A DNA stretch of 64,000 nt from assembly GCA_964188305.1 (NCBI GenBank), contig OZ076890.1, one strand, 5' to 3'. This document shows, piece by piece, positions 23,851 through 37,400 of this stretch. A program made the position numbers and the translations under genes. The stretch's first letter is position 1; each line of letters opens with the position of its first letter. Source of the DNA: Podarcis bocagei (lineage: Eukaryota). Under the pieces are notes generated by a model. The model saw only the letters and a list, made by a program, of their open reading frames with translations, was not told where the DNA came from and searched no databases.

Positions 23851-24960
23851 TAGGGAACCAACCTCTATTGAGATAACCTTGCTGTAAGATCTGTACTCCC
23901 TCTATGTAGTCTATGGGTGTAAATTTGTTGCTGGGTTGATCTAAAAAGGGTATAGTTGGTGATGGGTCAGCCAAGGTATTTAAGCATCCCCTAGTTGTCT
24001 TGTATTTTCCATGCTGATATGGGCTTGCCATTTTTGTAAAAGTCAGTTAGGCAGTCTAGGCCTTTAGCTTGTTAGGTCCTTATTTAGATATTTTGGGGTG
24101 AATGGTGAAATAGTGGGTGGTTGGCCAGGAGGCTTAGTGGGGATAGAATTGGAGACAGTCTTCCTGCTTTTTAAGTTTTCCTTTAAAAATGGACTGTGTT
24201 GTGGGCAGTGGCATAGCGTGGGGGGTGCAAGGGCGGCCGGCCGCACCGGGCGCAACATCTGGGGGGGGGACACGCTGGCTGCCTCCGGAGTCGCCAAAGA
24301 GCCTCGGGCGCAGGCTGTAGCAGAGCCCCATGTCTTGCGGAACCGACGAGCTGTGCGCGCGTCCAGGCTGAAGGCGTCTGGCAGGCAGCGGCTCTCAGCG
24401 CTCGCTGCGGTCCCCGCACGTCAGGGCCGCGGAGGACGCGCCAGGCAGCCCCTCCTCACAGCCCCGTCTCCGCCGCTGCTGCTGCAGCTGCTGGGCCATG
24501 TTGCATTTTCCTCGCCTCTCTGCCCCCCTCCTCCTCCGGGCAAGCGGTGTCGTTTGGGCAGCAGCGCCAGCGGCAACTCGCCTCAGATCGGCAGGTTAGG
24601 GGTTAGGGGGGGCTCAAATTACTTGCCTTGCCCCGGGTTAGGGGGCGCAAATTACTTGCCTTGCCCCGGGTGCTGACAACTCACGCTACGCCGCTGGTTG
24701 TGGGGATTTTCCTTAGTTTGTTTTGGGGAAATTGGTATGCTTAGCTGGGGTGTGTCCAGTTTTATCTATCTCCATGTACACCCATTTCATCTTCTGGGAT
24801 GTATGGGATTATGTGGTGCACTTTGTTGGCAAACTAGTATAGTTCTATATTAGGAATTCTCCAGCCTCCTTCTAAGGAAGGGAGGTGCAGGAACTTGAGG
24901 CTTATTCATGGATTTGGACATTATTAAGTACGGGGGCTCTGTTGTTGCTCCCTAATGTAA
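23850..24960 (-). mobile_element. Old L1-like ORF2 fragment, split by a hAT MITE
   Basis: Minus strand gives LKFLHLPFL/EGGWRIPNIELY, resembling the post-RT GGLxxPNLxxYY motif. Confidence 0.45.
24206..24696. mobile_element. hAT MITE (CAGTGGCGTAGC-type), GC-rich, with TTAGGG-like subterminal motifs
   Basis: TIRs cagtggcatagcgtg / cacgctacgccgctg; perfect 8-bp TSD gttgtggg. Confidence 0.92.
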
Positions 24961-26239
24961 ATCCAAAATAATATAGATGACACATGGGAAATGGGGAGGA
25001 CCTTCATAAAAGACAGTTCCATTTTGTCACTGATGTCAATTTGCCTTTGTAATTTGCAACAAAGAGGCTTGGTTAATCACACACAATTTGTGAGATTGTG
25101 AGATTGGCATAGGAAAGTTCCTGATTCACACCTTACTTTCTTAGCTGCTATAGGTCACACAAGCTCTCCAAATATTAAGGATTTAACTTGTGTGATAAAC
25201 TGGCAGCTCACTTATGCTGGTACAATGCGATCCCAGCACAAAAGTTGAGAAAAAGAAGAAATTCAGAACAAAGAGTTTCTGCTAACCTCATCCATGGCAA
25301 CATTGCCAATTCCTATCAATCTCTGAGAAACATGCTGATGGCAATGACCTGTAAGAGTTCTGAGAAGTCTTGTTAGCTATGTATGCTTCATACAGGTGTT
25401 CTGAAGCTTCCTTTTCTCCATAACTCCTATCACTAAACTTTTGCCTTGTGTGTTAAGTGTGCACTAAGATATAGCTCCATGCCATGCTCCCTGTCGTCTG
25501 GCTTATGGCTTCCCTGTCAGGGATTTATATCTTTTAGCTAGTCCTGGGCTGTGATTGAAAACAGAGTTAATCTGAATCCTGTGCTGTGTCATCATAGAGA
25601 GGAGCAGGTGTGGTTGGCATATTTGTTTTTGCTCTTCATTTAATTCAGTGAAAGAGTTTTAACTCATACCACCTATGTGGTTAGGATAATGTAATGTCAG
25701 CATAGGGCCTGGAGAGATGTATGTTCACTCCTCCCAAATCACCGCCCTGAGTCCTTTGCCTATGTTGGCAGCAGATCTAGCCAAAAGGATATCTCTGACA
25801 CTATGCCATTGCATTTTCCCTAGTGGAGGCCTATCACATGATACAGTAGTGTAGAGTGTTGGAGCCAGCCGTCACAAATGGCACAGTTTAGCATAAAATA
25901 AAGACACAGAGAGCCAGCAATATTTTCATGGATGAAGGGCAGCTCCTTTCGAACTTCTTCTCTCCTCTCCGGTATCTTTTATTATCCTTTGTTCTCTCCT
26001 CTTGCATGGCCGTTTGCCAATGTCTCACATTACCTACATCCGGTCATGGCTTAAACCCACCCATCGCCAAATAGGGTCATCACTGCCCAAAGGAAACACA
26101 ACTCCATTTAAGGTCAATACATTCCAATACATTGTAAAGCTCAGAGTGCTGGTCAGCCGAGGTCAGGGGGCACCCTGCAATATTACAAGCCTTTGCCGTG
26201 GCTTTATGACTCCCACAGTAGAGGGCTTCTATTATATTA

Positions 26240-26481
26240 CAGTGGTACCTTGGGTTAAGTACTTAATTCATTGTGGAGGTCCGTTCTTAACCTGAAACTG
26301 TTCTTAACCCGAAGCACCACTTTAGCTAATGGGGCCTCCCGCTGCCACCACGCCGCCGGAGCATTATTTCTGTTCTCATCCTGAAGCAAAGTTCTTAACC
26401 CGAGTTAATATTTCTGGGTTAGCGGAGTCTGTAACCTGAAGCATCTGTAACCCGAAGCGTATGTAACCCAAGGTACCACTG
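26240..26481. mobile_element. Tc1/mariner (pogo/Tigger-like) MITE
   Basis: TA-flanked TIRs cagtggtaccttgggtta / taacccaaggtaccactg. Confidence 0.92.
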
Positions 26482-26528
26482 TATTATCAAAAATAATTTT
26501 ATGGGTTTTCTTACTTAGCAACATACAA

Positions 26529-26853
26529 CATAGCCATGTTCAAATATATAAAAGGATGTCACATAGAGGAGGGAGAAAGGTTGTTTTCTGCTGCTCCAGA
26601 GAAGCGGACACGGAGCAACGGATCCAAACTACAAGAAAGAAGATTCCACCTAAACATGAGGAAGAACTTCCTGACAGTAAGAGCTGTTCGACAGTGGAAT
26701 TTGCTGCCAAGGAGTGTGGTGGAGTCTCCTACTTTGGAGGTCTTTAAGCAGAGGCTTGACAACCATATGTCAGGAGTGCTCTGATGGTGTTTCCTGCTTG
26801 GCAGGGGGTTGGACTCAATGGCCCTTGTGGTCTCTTCCAACTCTATGATTCTA
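26529..26853 (+). mobile_element. Young CR1 3' fragment
   Basis: MFKYIKGCH...RFHLNMRKNFLTVRAVRQWNLLPRSVVESPTLEVFKQRLD; tail ttccaactctatgattcta. Confidence 0.95.
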
Positions 26854-28344
26854 ACAAACCCAACCGCCATTACAGGTATTAGGTTGCACATTAACATGGA
26901 AAATGATCTCTGAATGGTTAAGTCCAGTCAAAGGTGACTATGGGGTACGGCGCTCATTTTGCTTCAGGATGAGGGAGCCAGCATGTAGGATTGCATCATT
27001 AGCCTACCTGTGTAATTTAGGCTACAATCCTATACCTGCGCAACTGTAAGCTTTATTGAAATCAGTGGGGCTTCCTTCTGAGTAGACATGCACATGATTT
27101 CATTGTGAGGCTGCCTGCAGTCCTTAGGCAGAGATGGCCAACCATGGTTCTCCAGGTGTTGCTGGAGTCCAGCTCTCTTCAGTCCCAGCCAAGATGCATA
27201 ATAGTCAGGGAAGGTGGAGGCTGTGGTCCCTTAAGGTCAGGAAGGTCACAAGTTAGCTACGCACCCCTGCCTTGGAGATTAAAACTAAGAAGAGAGCTTC
27301 ATAGACTACCATGGGACTTGCTTCTAAGTAAACCTGCATAGGATTGTTCTCTAAGTGGCTTAATGCTCTTATGCAGTATTAACTGGAAATTTGCAGAGGG
27401 GGATTTCTCACATAATTGGAAAAAGTATATCACCAAATTGGCCTGTTTTACTTAGGAATCGCTTGTGTATTAGGCTATTAATATTTAAATGTAAAAGGTT
27501 GCATCTATCTCTTCCTTTTATTCAGTGACAAACTTTATAATCACAAAAGAGTGCATTTTTATTGCATTTCCACAAAAATGAATGTAACCTTCACCTCAGT
27601 AAACTTAATGACGCTAAACCACACACAATACTACTAGCCTCCAAGCCCCGCTTGCTGTGGTTCATTAAGTAGAACAGGCAAAGTGCTTCCTAGTGTCTTC
27701 AGTGACAGAGTACTGTATTTGTAGGAAACGACTAAGCTTCCAGCTTCTAGCTGCACTTGGTTTGTGATAAATGCATTAGTCTAACACTGGCAAATTCCAT
27801 CTCACAGACTGGAACTAAGCTATTTCTGTAAAAGATTATTAGTGAAATAGTTGCTTTTGTTGACTGGGTACCACAATCAAGTCACTAAGTTTTGTTAAGC
27901 TGAAACCTTTGTCTGTAATATGCTCTGATCAGCTAAGTCAACATGTAAGTATTATTTGGTTTCTGGTTTCAAATTAAGTTTTAATTGATTTAATGGATAG
28001 ATTAATGGTTAAAAGCATTAAACCAAACTCCAGTGACTTAAAAGGCAATAGAAGTGATAACCAACAAATAAAACCTTTCCAAATGAAACAAACATTTCAA
28101 TATTGTTTGTAACATAGCTCCTATTGCACCTATAATTCTTTTTAACTCTACATAGCATCCATAGCAACAGTTTAAACTGGAGACAGCCATCTTCAACAGC
28201 AACTTCCCTCATTCTTGACCATTGGTCATGTTGCCTGAGGTGATGAGAGCTGAAGTTCATGAATATACAGAGATAATCATATAGTCTACCTCTGGTTTAA
28301 TATTGCTGTGTATGTATGTAGTCTGCCCTTTCTATGCTAGGTAT

Positions 28345-28390
<46 letters not shown>
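28345..28390. repeat. (AAC)n microsatellite
   Basis: Direct reading. Confidence 0.95.
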
Positions 28391-28393
<3 letters not shown>

Positions 28394-28417
28394 GGTTGAA
28401 TACAAACATCTCTAAGA

Positions 28418-29175
28418 CATCATAGAATCGTATAATTGAAGAGTTGGAAGGGACCCCAAGGATCATCTAAAACTCCCTGCAATGCAGGAATCTCAACTAA
28501 AGTATTGATGACAGATGGCCATCCAACCTCTGCTTAAAAGCCAAGGAAGGAGAGTCCACAATCTCCCAAGAAAGATCGTTCCACTATCAAAAGGCTTTTA
28601 CCGTCAAAAAGTTCTTCCGGATGTTTAGTTGGAATCTCTTCTTTTGTAACTTGAAGCCATTGGTTTGAGTCCTACCCCCCTTGTTTTTTCCCACCAGGAG
28701 AAAACAAGCTTGCTCTCCCTTCCATGTAACAGCCCTTAATATAGTTAAAGATGGCTATCATATCTCTTCTCAGTCCCCTCTTTTCCAGGCTAAACATGTT
28801 CCTCAAAAGACTTGGTTTCCAGACCCTTATCATATGGTTGCCCTCCTCTGCACATTTCAACTTTTTAACATCCTTCTTAAACTGTGGTGTCATTCCAGGT
28901 GTGGTCTGACCAAGGCAGAATAGAGTGGCATTATTACTTCTCTTGATCTGGACACTATACTTCAGTTGATGAAGCCTTTAATAGCATTAGCTATTTTTTG
29001 CTGCGGCATCACACTGTTGACTCATGTTCAGCTTGTGGTCCACCAAGACCCCTAGATCTTTTTCACATGTACTGCTAGTAAGCCAGGTGTCCCCCATCCT
29101 ATATTTGTGCATCTGGCTCTTCCTGCCTAAGTGCAGAATCTTACATTTGTCCTTACTGAAATTCATTTTGTTAGC
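28418..29175 (-). mobile_element. CR1 3' fragment
   Basis: catcatagaatc...gagttggaagggaccc antisense tail; FSLEKRGLRRDMIAIFNYIKGC on the minus strand. Confidence 0.9.
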
Positions 29176-30736
29176 TTTGTTATCTATATTGCCAAATTTC
29201 TTTAGCCTTCCCTCAGAATTCAGTTTGTTTCCTCATCAGTCCCTTTAAAAAGTGTGACTACTGCTCCAGTAGCTCATGTATGTAGGCATGAAGCAGAAGT
29301 GTCCTGGAGACAACGTAGGGTGAGTGTTTGTAGAGAATGATGCTCCGTATCTTGCATTTACTGAGCTCTTGGCCCCACTGCCCTTTCTTCTCTATCCATA
29401 AGCCAACTTAAGTCATCTCCTTAAAAGAGAATTCAATATGAACAAACATGTTTTCACTTCAGTAGATTTCACTTGGGTGCAGAAACAATGGATGTAAAAT
29501 ACTTTCTATCAAGTAATTTTTGTGGAAAACCTAACCATTAAAAAGCATTAAATGTTCTCTAATTGGAAGATCAATCTGATCTTTCTAAAAAAAAAAGAAA
29601 GAAAGAAAACAACTGTTTCAGTTTTCTGTACAAAAATGACTCTGCTTCCAATGTAGGTTTTCAAAAATATGTTTTCCTTTAATTGTGTTGACTCTTATTC
29701 TTGCAAATTTGATCAGATTTGTTTTGCTTAAGGATAAACCATTGACGCCTCCATCCTAGGCAGGTTATTCTGAGCTGTTGCTAACAATATAGTTTCTTTC
29801 CTTTAATAAATGAATGGATTTTGTCAGCAAGTTTTGATTGAACAAATATTTCTTTTATCAAATGAACAGACAAGAAGACAGATCCCCCTTTTAGAAGAAA
29901 ATTATAGGAACAGATTGTAATTAATTGTGTTACTAGGCTGATGATAAGCATTTCTGGGAAATTCTGGCAGGAACTGCATAAAATCCTGTTTGAGCTCATC
30001 TGTTCCTTAGGGATGGTGGTATGGATCAACAATGGCTAACCTATGGCCTACCAGATATTGTTGACTCCAGCTCATGCCAGCCTCAGCCAGCATGGCCAAT
30101 AGTCAGTGATGATGGAAATTGTAGTCCAACAACATCTAGAGACCCAAAAGCTAGTCACCCCGATCTCAGATTCCCAAAGTGATTGGATAGTAATTCCTTC
30201 TCTGAAACACTCCTAGTTCCACATCCTGAGCCAGCTACAGAGGCACAACCTTGAAATCTCAATGCATGGTTGAGATGACTGTGTTCAGAAGGAGCCCTCA
30301 TGGATTTGTTAGGCACTGGGGAACATTCAGGGACAAGATGGGCCTGAACAAAATGAATGGGGTCCTCTTGAACTGGGATGGAGCCAGATTGTTGGTGCTT
30401 AAGATAAAAAAGGTGACAGGGAAGCTTTCAAACTGATTGTGGGGGCAAAGTCAACAAGAGCTGGGTGGGGGTCTGATTCAGAACAAATCTCCCCCCTGAA
30501 ATGAAGATGGAAATTTAAATGGAGGAGGTGTAGAACTAGGCATTGCAAGTGCCTCATTTTGTGCCATATTTCTAGGCCCAGGTTGGGTTTTTACAGGTCT
30601 GTGCCTGCGTGGGTTTTGAAAACACACACTTTATCACTGAATTGGAGCAAATGGCAATCAGGTTTTCTGCAGGTTGCCATTTGCTCTAATTCAGTGGTAA
30701 AACATGGGTTTTCCTGGGGAGAGCACTGGGGGGGAC

Positions 30737-30818
30737 AAGGAAAGGAAAGGAAAGGAAAGGAAAGGAAAGGAAAGGAAAGGAAAGGAAAGGAAAGGAAAGG
30801 AAAGAAAAGAAAAGAAAA
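30737..30818. repeat. (GGAAA)n/(GAAAA)n microsatellite
   Basis: Direct reading. Confidence 0.95.
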
Positions 30819-30949
30819 GAAGCAAGCTCTGATACAGACCTGGAAAGCCTGGTTCTCTACCTAGGAAGCACAGAGCAAAGGGAAGTGTGGATGAGCCCTC
30901 AGAGAGGCCAAAGCATGTAATTGCCAAAGGCAGTTGAAGAGAAAAAACA

Positions 30950-31292
30950 GTATGCGAAGCTAATGCTAGAAGCCTCCAAGCCAAGATGAATGAACTGGAC
31001 TGTTTGGCATTGATATAGTGAGCATAATGGAAACCTGGTGGAATAGAGAAAACCAGCGGGAAGGACACAGAAGGGTGTACTGAAGACAGTGACATCCTGC
31101 AAGTCAAAGAGGGCATTGAATCCAGCAGGCTAGAAATCTCAAAAGGGACAAACTCCACAGAGTCCATGTGCTGTCGTCCCATTAATCAAAATGTCCAGGC
31201 CAATCTTGAGATGAAGAATGAAATCAAGGAAGTATCCAAAAGAGGAAAAGTTGTATTAATAGGTATTAATAGGTGACTTCAACTGTCCTAAC
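30950..31292 (+). mobile_element. CR1 ORF2 endonuclease relic with internal deletions
   Basis: ANARSLQAKMNEL, DIVSIMETWW, VKEGIES, KVVLIG/DFN motifs in broken frames. Confidence 0.75.
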
Positions 31293-31421
31293 TTTTTGGG
31301 TTCTTGGAGGTTATTTTAAAAGTTATAATACAAGTTTGGAAAAATCTCTACCACAGATTAATGAAATATGTGAAGTCACTACCTGGTTCTGAAAGGTTAA
31401 AAAAAAATCAAGAACATTGTG

Positions 31422-33154
31422 AATAATAATAATAATAATAAATTTTATTTATATCCCGCCCTCCCCAGCCGAAGCCGGGCTCAGGGCGGCTAACAACAAT
31501 AAAACAGTACAAAAGTACAACATAAACAACATTCTAAAATCATTCATTATAAAAATTAATTAATTCAAGCCACTAGCAACCATTGGGCCAGAGCTCTGCG
31601 AAGATTGCCGAGGGAGGGAGTCAGGCTGTGCCCTGGCCAAAGGCCTGGTGGAACAGCTCTGTCTTGCAGGCCCTGCGGAAAGATGTCAAGTCCCGCAAGG
31701 CCCTGGTCTCTTGTGACAGAGCGTTCCACCAGATCGGGGCCACGGCCGAAAAAGCCCTGGCTCTAGTTGAGGCCAGCCTAACTTCTCTGTGGCCTGGGAC
31801 CTTCAAGATGTTTTTATTTGAAGACCGTAGGTTTCTCTGTGGGGCATACCAGGAGAGGCGGTCCCGTAGGTACGAGGGTCCTAGGCCGTATAGGGCTTTA
31901 AAGGTTAAGACCAGCACCTTAAACCTGATCCTGTACTCCACCGGGAGCCAGTGCAGCTGGTATAGCACCGGGTGAATGTGATCTCGCAGCGAAGACCTTG
32001 TAAGGAGTCTCGCTGCAGCATTCTGCACCCGCTGGAGTTTCTGGGTCAGTCTCAAGGGCAGCCCCACGTAGAGCGAGTTACAATAATCCAGTCTGGAGGT
32101 GACCGTCGCGTGGATCACAGTGGCTAGGTCAGGGCGAGAGAGGTAAGGAGCCAACTGCTTAGCTTGGCGGAGATGGAAAAATGCCGTCTTTGTTATAGCT
32201 GCAATCTGCGCCTCCATGGAAAGGGAGGTGTCGAAGATTACACCCAAACTCTTAACGGACGGTGCTGGCACTAATTGCGCCCCCGCAAGAGATGGGAGTT
32301 GCCCCCCCCAATCCCATATCGCCCCGTCCCAGCCACAGGACCTCTGTCTTCAAAGGATTTAGCTTCAACCGGCTCCCACGTAACCATCCAGCCACAGCTT
32401 CCAAACATCTGGTCAGTGTGTCTGGGGCCGAGTCAGGATGGCCATCCATCAACAGATAGAGTTGGGTGTCATCGGCATACTGATGACAACCCAGCCCAAA
32501 ACTCCGAACAAGCTGGGCGAGGGGGCGCATAAAGATGTTGAAAAGCATCGGGGAGAGTATCGCACCCTGAGGTACTCCACACACCAAGGAGTGGCGCGAT
32601 GACAGTTCCCCCCCAAGCGCCACCCTCTGTCCCCGACCAGAGAGAAACGAGCGCAGCCATTGAAGGACTGTGCCCTGGATCCCCACGTCGGCAAGGCGGT
32701 GGTCCAGAAGTTCGTGATCGGCCATGTCGAAAGCTGCTGATAGATCTAGAAGAATCAGCAGCCCCGACCCGCCTCGATCCAGCTGTCTACGAAGGTCATC
32801 TGTTAGGGCGACCAGAGCCGTCTCGGTCCCATGACCAGCGCGGAAGCCGGACTGGAATGGATCCAGAACTGATGTTTCTTCCAGAAACCCACCAAGGTGT
32901 TCAGCAACCGCTCTCTCAATCACCTTACCCAGAAACGGAAGATTCGAAACCGGGCGGTAATTGGATAGATCTAAAGGATCTAATGATGTTTTCTTTAAGA
33001 GCGGGCGCACCACTGCCTCCTTCAGTTCCCCTGGGAATGTCCCCGTGCCAAGGGACAAATTGATGATATCCCCCAGGGGGGCCCGCACCTCGTCTGGACA
33101 CGCTCTAATCAGCCAAGACGGGCACGGGTCGAGAGGACAAGTGGTGGGCTCCAA
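31422..33154 (-). mobile_element. Young 5'-truncated L2 LINE
   Basis: (TTA)n tail at 31422-31443, GC-rich 3' stem-loop at about 31455-31491, RT ORF open apart from one frameshift. Confidence 0.95.
31621..33154 (-). pseudogene. L2 reverse transcriptase (partial; single +1 frameshift in G8 run at 32302-32309)
   Basis: NYRPVSNLPFLGK, QSGFR.GHGTETAL, LLDLSAAFD, GVPQGAILSP, YADD, SRLDYCN, LHWLPV..RI.FK. Confidence 0.93.
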
Positions 33155-34517
33155 AAGGATCTTTCTCAGAAATATGAAGGGTTGGTTTTTTTGTTTTTTG
33201 TTTTAAGGAAATGTGAATCACTTTTCATTAAACACAAAATGATGTACATTGAGGCAAATAATCCATTGATGGGATGTGGGCTGAAACCAGTTAGGTGCTG
33301 CCAGGTTGTTTAATCAGAAGAACTCTCTGGATTTGGGGAGGAAAAAATGAATTTGCCAGTCCTGAACACTGTCAGTCCCCTAAATACAGGCCCCAATCTC
33401 TTCTGTTTTGCTGCCTGCAAATAGCAAGACATAGAGGGGGTTGGTGTGTGTGTTCTACCCTACTGTAGACAGCATATAAATTAGAGTTTTTGCATTGTGT
33501 TTTGATGCACATTGAAAAATAGTCAATTTAGAGCACAAAAACTTATACTGTAGCACATCATGTTGTGAAAAAGGTCTAGTCTAGCCTTTTCCATCACATC
33601 CTAGATGACTATATGCAGGGTAGGGAGGGTTTTTTTGTACGAAGAAGTATTCAGTCATGTGAATCCTCACATCCAGCATGCACAACCTGGGAGCTGGTTA
33701 ACTACCTCTATGAGAGATTCCCAGTGCTGTAAGAGTAAGCTATAAGAAATATCCTACACAACCAGCTTTGATGGAACTTGGCCACTAAATTGGGGACAGG
33801 GGATAGGGTGTGTAAAAAAGAATAGAGTATGTTAAGAAAATAGACCATAACCCTTTGCACACATTAAAATCGCTATACAATATTAATAATGCTAATCAGT
33901 TACAATAAGGCTCATTTGCTATGCAAGTAGCTGCTGGTTTATTGGTCTTTGTAATTGCTAGATTCATATGAGCCACTTCAAACTGTCTTAAGGACAATGA
34001 AGTGTTTCCAGATGTATTTCAGAAAAGTTAACAAGAAAATACTTGTATCTGATCCTGTTTCTTCCATTAGTGATATTTTAGATAAAATAACAATTCTGGA
34101 GAACACAAGATGTGTTAGATTAACTGAGAAACTGTATCACAAATTATTATTTGTATGTATAAGGGCTGTTAATCAGCTCTGTGCAGGAGCCAGATAATGA
34201 GGACAATTGGAGATAGATATTCAAATGTCTCCTCCACACTGAGCAGAAGTATATCTATAAATCTTCCCACAATTTGGATCAGGGCCCCTACAAAGCTTCA
34301 CATTTCTCTATTGTTCCTGTCCATTACAGATGTCTGTTTCTATATTTCTGTTTCTCTAGGATTATGGGCTTTGCAAGATGTGAGGCTGTGCAACATATTC
34401 CCTGGAGAGCGCTGAAGAAGAACTCTAGATTGTTTTTATTATTTGTTTATTTATTCAGGTTCTTTTCCTGTCAGCTCCCCCACCCCCATTTTCATATGAT
34501 CTTCTTTCATGCTAGAT

Positions 34518-34637
34518 CAGGCATAGGCCCTCCAGATGTTTTGGGACTACAACTCCCATCATCCCTAGCTAACAGGACCAGTTGTCAGGGATGATGGGAG
34601 TTGTAGTCCCAAAACATCTGGAGTTTGCCTATGCCTG
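34518..34637. mobile_element. Palindromic hAT MITE
   Basis: TIRs caggcataggc / gcctatgcctg; internal palindrome; TSD tgctagat / tgctagac. Confidence 0.92.
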
Positions 34638-34645
34638 TGCTAGAC

Positions 34646-35156
34646 GTTGCTATGGACATTGTCTGCTGCCGTATTTGAGGCCAGGCAGAAATTTTTCCAC
34701 TTGGCTAATTGGCAGTGGCCACTTGGTGTTCATCTACCTTATAGCAATCATCACAACTTTGTCAGGTTAGGCATTGGGTAAGCCTTAGTCTGGACTGGAG
34801 GGGAGGTTGTGGCCTCCGCCTGTCCCTCCTTGGTTAAGAGTGTCCTATTGAAAGGATCCCTGAGGAGTTGCTTCTGTCCAATGCCCAGATGGGGGCTAGG
34901 ACCATAGAACTCCTCCAGCAGGTGCCCTTGGAGATATCCCTATTTGATGTAGGTCATAGGCCCCTCCCCAAGTTGTGGTTTACCCTTAGATAGGCTCCCA
35001 GAAGATGGGCTGGAGTTAATTAAATGGCTTGACATAATGCCTATGCCAAACCGTTCACATCTGTGACCTCTTTGAACACAAAAATCTATATACTGCTGTA
35101 TCATCTGGTTATTTCATTACATTGGCAGTGATTGGGTCATGGGTCCTTGGCACACA
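34646..35156 (+). mobile_element. Non-coding structured element, copy B (partial)
   Basis: Core aggcagaaattt...attggc...tctacct...tcacaactttg...taggcattgg matches copies A and C. Confidence 0.7.
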
Positions 35157-35879
35157 AAGCAATAAGCAGGTACAATGTGGCAGCATTTTAATCTTGTATG
35201 TTCAGTTTGCAATAGTAGCCATGAAATCTTACCAGTGAATAGCAACACAAAGAACTCAGAGAATCCTTCCTTGCCTTGTTATTTTTTTATACAAGAAAAT
35301 GGAGGATAAGGTACAGGAACAGGAGTAGTTTATGGTGCATGTTAAAAAGTGTACAAATGGGAAGGAGTAAATGGAGTGTCACATAGAATGGGCTTTAAGG
35401 ACAGAAGATGGAGGCTAGGGAAGGAGCTGAAGCTGGCCTCAATTTTCTCATCAAAGTAGGCAACTAGAGATGATGTGGCAATGATCTCTGCCTTCCCCTT
35501 TAAGGTATTCCCCAACACAAAGCTTGCAAAGGCAAAAGGTAAATAAAGCCAAGCCATAAGCTGGTTTCACATAAAAATCTCCTTATCTGGATTCATGCTT
35601 ATCATTTCTTGGCAAATATGGCTCTTGTAAGTAAGAAAACCCTGGATTTTCTGTAGGGAAGGCTCCAGGTTTGAGGGTGTCTTGACAAAGTGCCTTCTTG
35701 TGCATCTCCTTCTTTGCTGGTGAACCCTGGCTACAGCAACTGAGTCACCATTTTAGTTTTCCACAGTGCTCTGGATCAACACTACATTGGGGACATTGGG
35801 GTCAATTAAAATGCCAGTTCCCAGACTCAGCCAACTCAGAGGTGGGTTGTGGGAACCTATGTGGCCTGAAGATGCTGTA

Positions 35880-36071
35880 CAGTGGTACCTCTGGATGCGA
35901 ATGGGATCCGTTCCAGAGCCCCATTTGCATCCTGAAGCGATGTAATTTTGAGCGTCTGCACATGCGCAAGCGGCAAAATCCGGAAGTAACACGCTCCATT
36001 ACTTCCTGGTTGCTGTGGAGTGCAACCCGAAAATATTTAAGCTGAAGCGTATTCATCCCGAGGTATGACTG
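35880..36071. mobile_element. Tc1/pogo-like MITE (family 2)
   Basis: TA-flanked cagtggtacctc / gaggtatgactg; same family as 58346-58544. Confidence 0.88.
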
Positions 36072-37099
36072 TATTGTGACACCCGGTCTGAGAGTGTTAG
36101 TGGGTATCCGATCATATGCTTCTCTGTCTTCTTTTTTTAAAAGGTTTCATTCTTATTCAGAAATTATTGTGTGAAGGTTTCTGCACTAAATTTTAAACAG
36201 ATTCTGTTGGTGAACTCCTTCAAGAAAAGCAAATAGATATCTTCTTTAAGGCTGCAAATCAAAAAGTTACTTTGTAGAACACACACACATTACATGATGA
36301 TACCTCTCTACCTTTCTAAAGACATTACAATAATCCCCATGGAATGCTCCTCGGTACTCAGTCTATATATGAGAGTCATATCCAATTACTGTGTGTCCAC
36401 AGGGGTAAGCTTTTCCCCAAGAAATTTTACTGTCCGCAATGCAGTGAAATTACACTAGGGATTCTACTGCTGATTCCCACATTAGACATTTATTACATTA
36501 TCAAATGCCACATTTATCCTAAAGAAGCAAATTTATTAGACTTCATTCTCTGCAGTGTTATCTACAGTTTTAGTATGAGCTTATTTAAAAGCGCAAAGAT
36601 AAAAGACAGGTTTATATCAAATCCTGGCACACACAGAGAGGGTATAAATTGGTTTATAAAAAGAATACGACATAACACAATAACTCCATCTTAGTGTTGT
36701 ACCTTTCTGTTGTTGTTTTTTAAAAAATCTTTATCTCATTAGGAATCCCAAGGATGTACTGATAGAAACTTCTCATGTTCAATTATCATTAATTTCAGTG
36801 GGACATTGCAGAAAGTAATTATATGAAGGTTGTTCCAATGATGATTCTTGTCACTATTTTGTGCTATTTTCATCCCATTTCACCACCTGGTTATGGAATC
36901 AATGGCCAGCCTCATTGCTTTGTGTTGGATAGATCTCTATAAAAGTGTGCACTGGATTGTGTGAACCATCTGCTCAATTCACAACACACAACACACGTCA
37001 CATTTACTGACATAAAAAGGCTAATTCCCAAGACTCTATTGCACTTGGGCATGGCCAAGAAGATAAAAGTTATGGAGGGTGGATCTATGAAGACAGACC

Positions 37100-37400
37100 A
37101 AGGTTCAGCTCTAAAAAAAGTTCAACATGCAATCAAAGATGCAGAGAGAAATGAACACATAACAGTACTTGGGATGAGATTAGGTATCCTCCTCCAGTAA
37201 GGTCAGAATCTGGCTCCTTTCTCACTTCAAAGTGTCTACTGCTAGGACAAGCCAGAAGGAACCAATGTGCTTCTTGAGAAGGTACCGCCATGCCCGGTCC
37301 TAGGATGACAATGATACTGACCCTCTTCCCTCATATTCTGGAGCTTTTATATGTTCAGACCAAGGGGACCATTATTGGAGAATATCAGGAATGCTCAATA
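37100..37400 (-). mobile_element. Decayed DIRS methyltransferase-like domain relic
   Basis: Minus strand broken frames KLQNMREEG/SIIVIL...HWF...SLHL resemble the DIRS KIRxExAxxILIAPxWPxxxWF...LxLxAW region. Confidence 0.4.

Noticed and set aside
24098-24676. 192-aa ORF and CpG-island-like stretch
   Set aside because: Lies in a hAT MITE with a perfect TSD; not a promoter or gene
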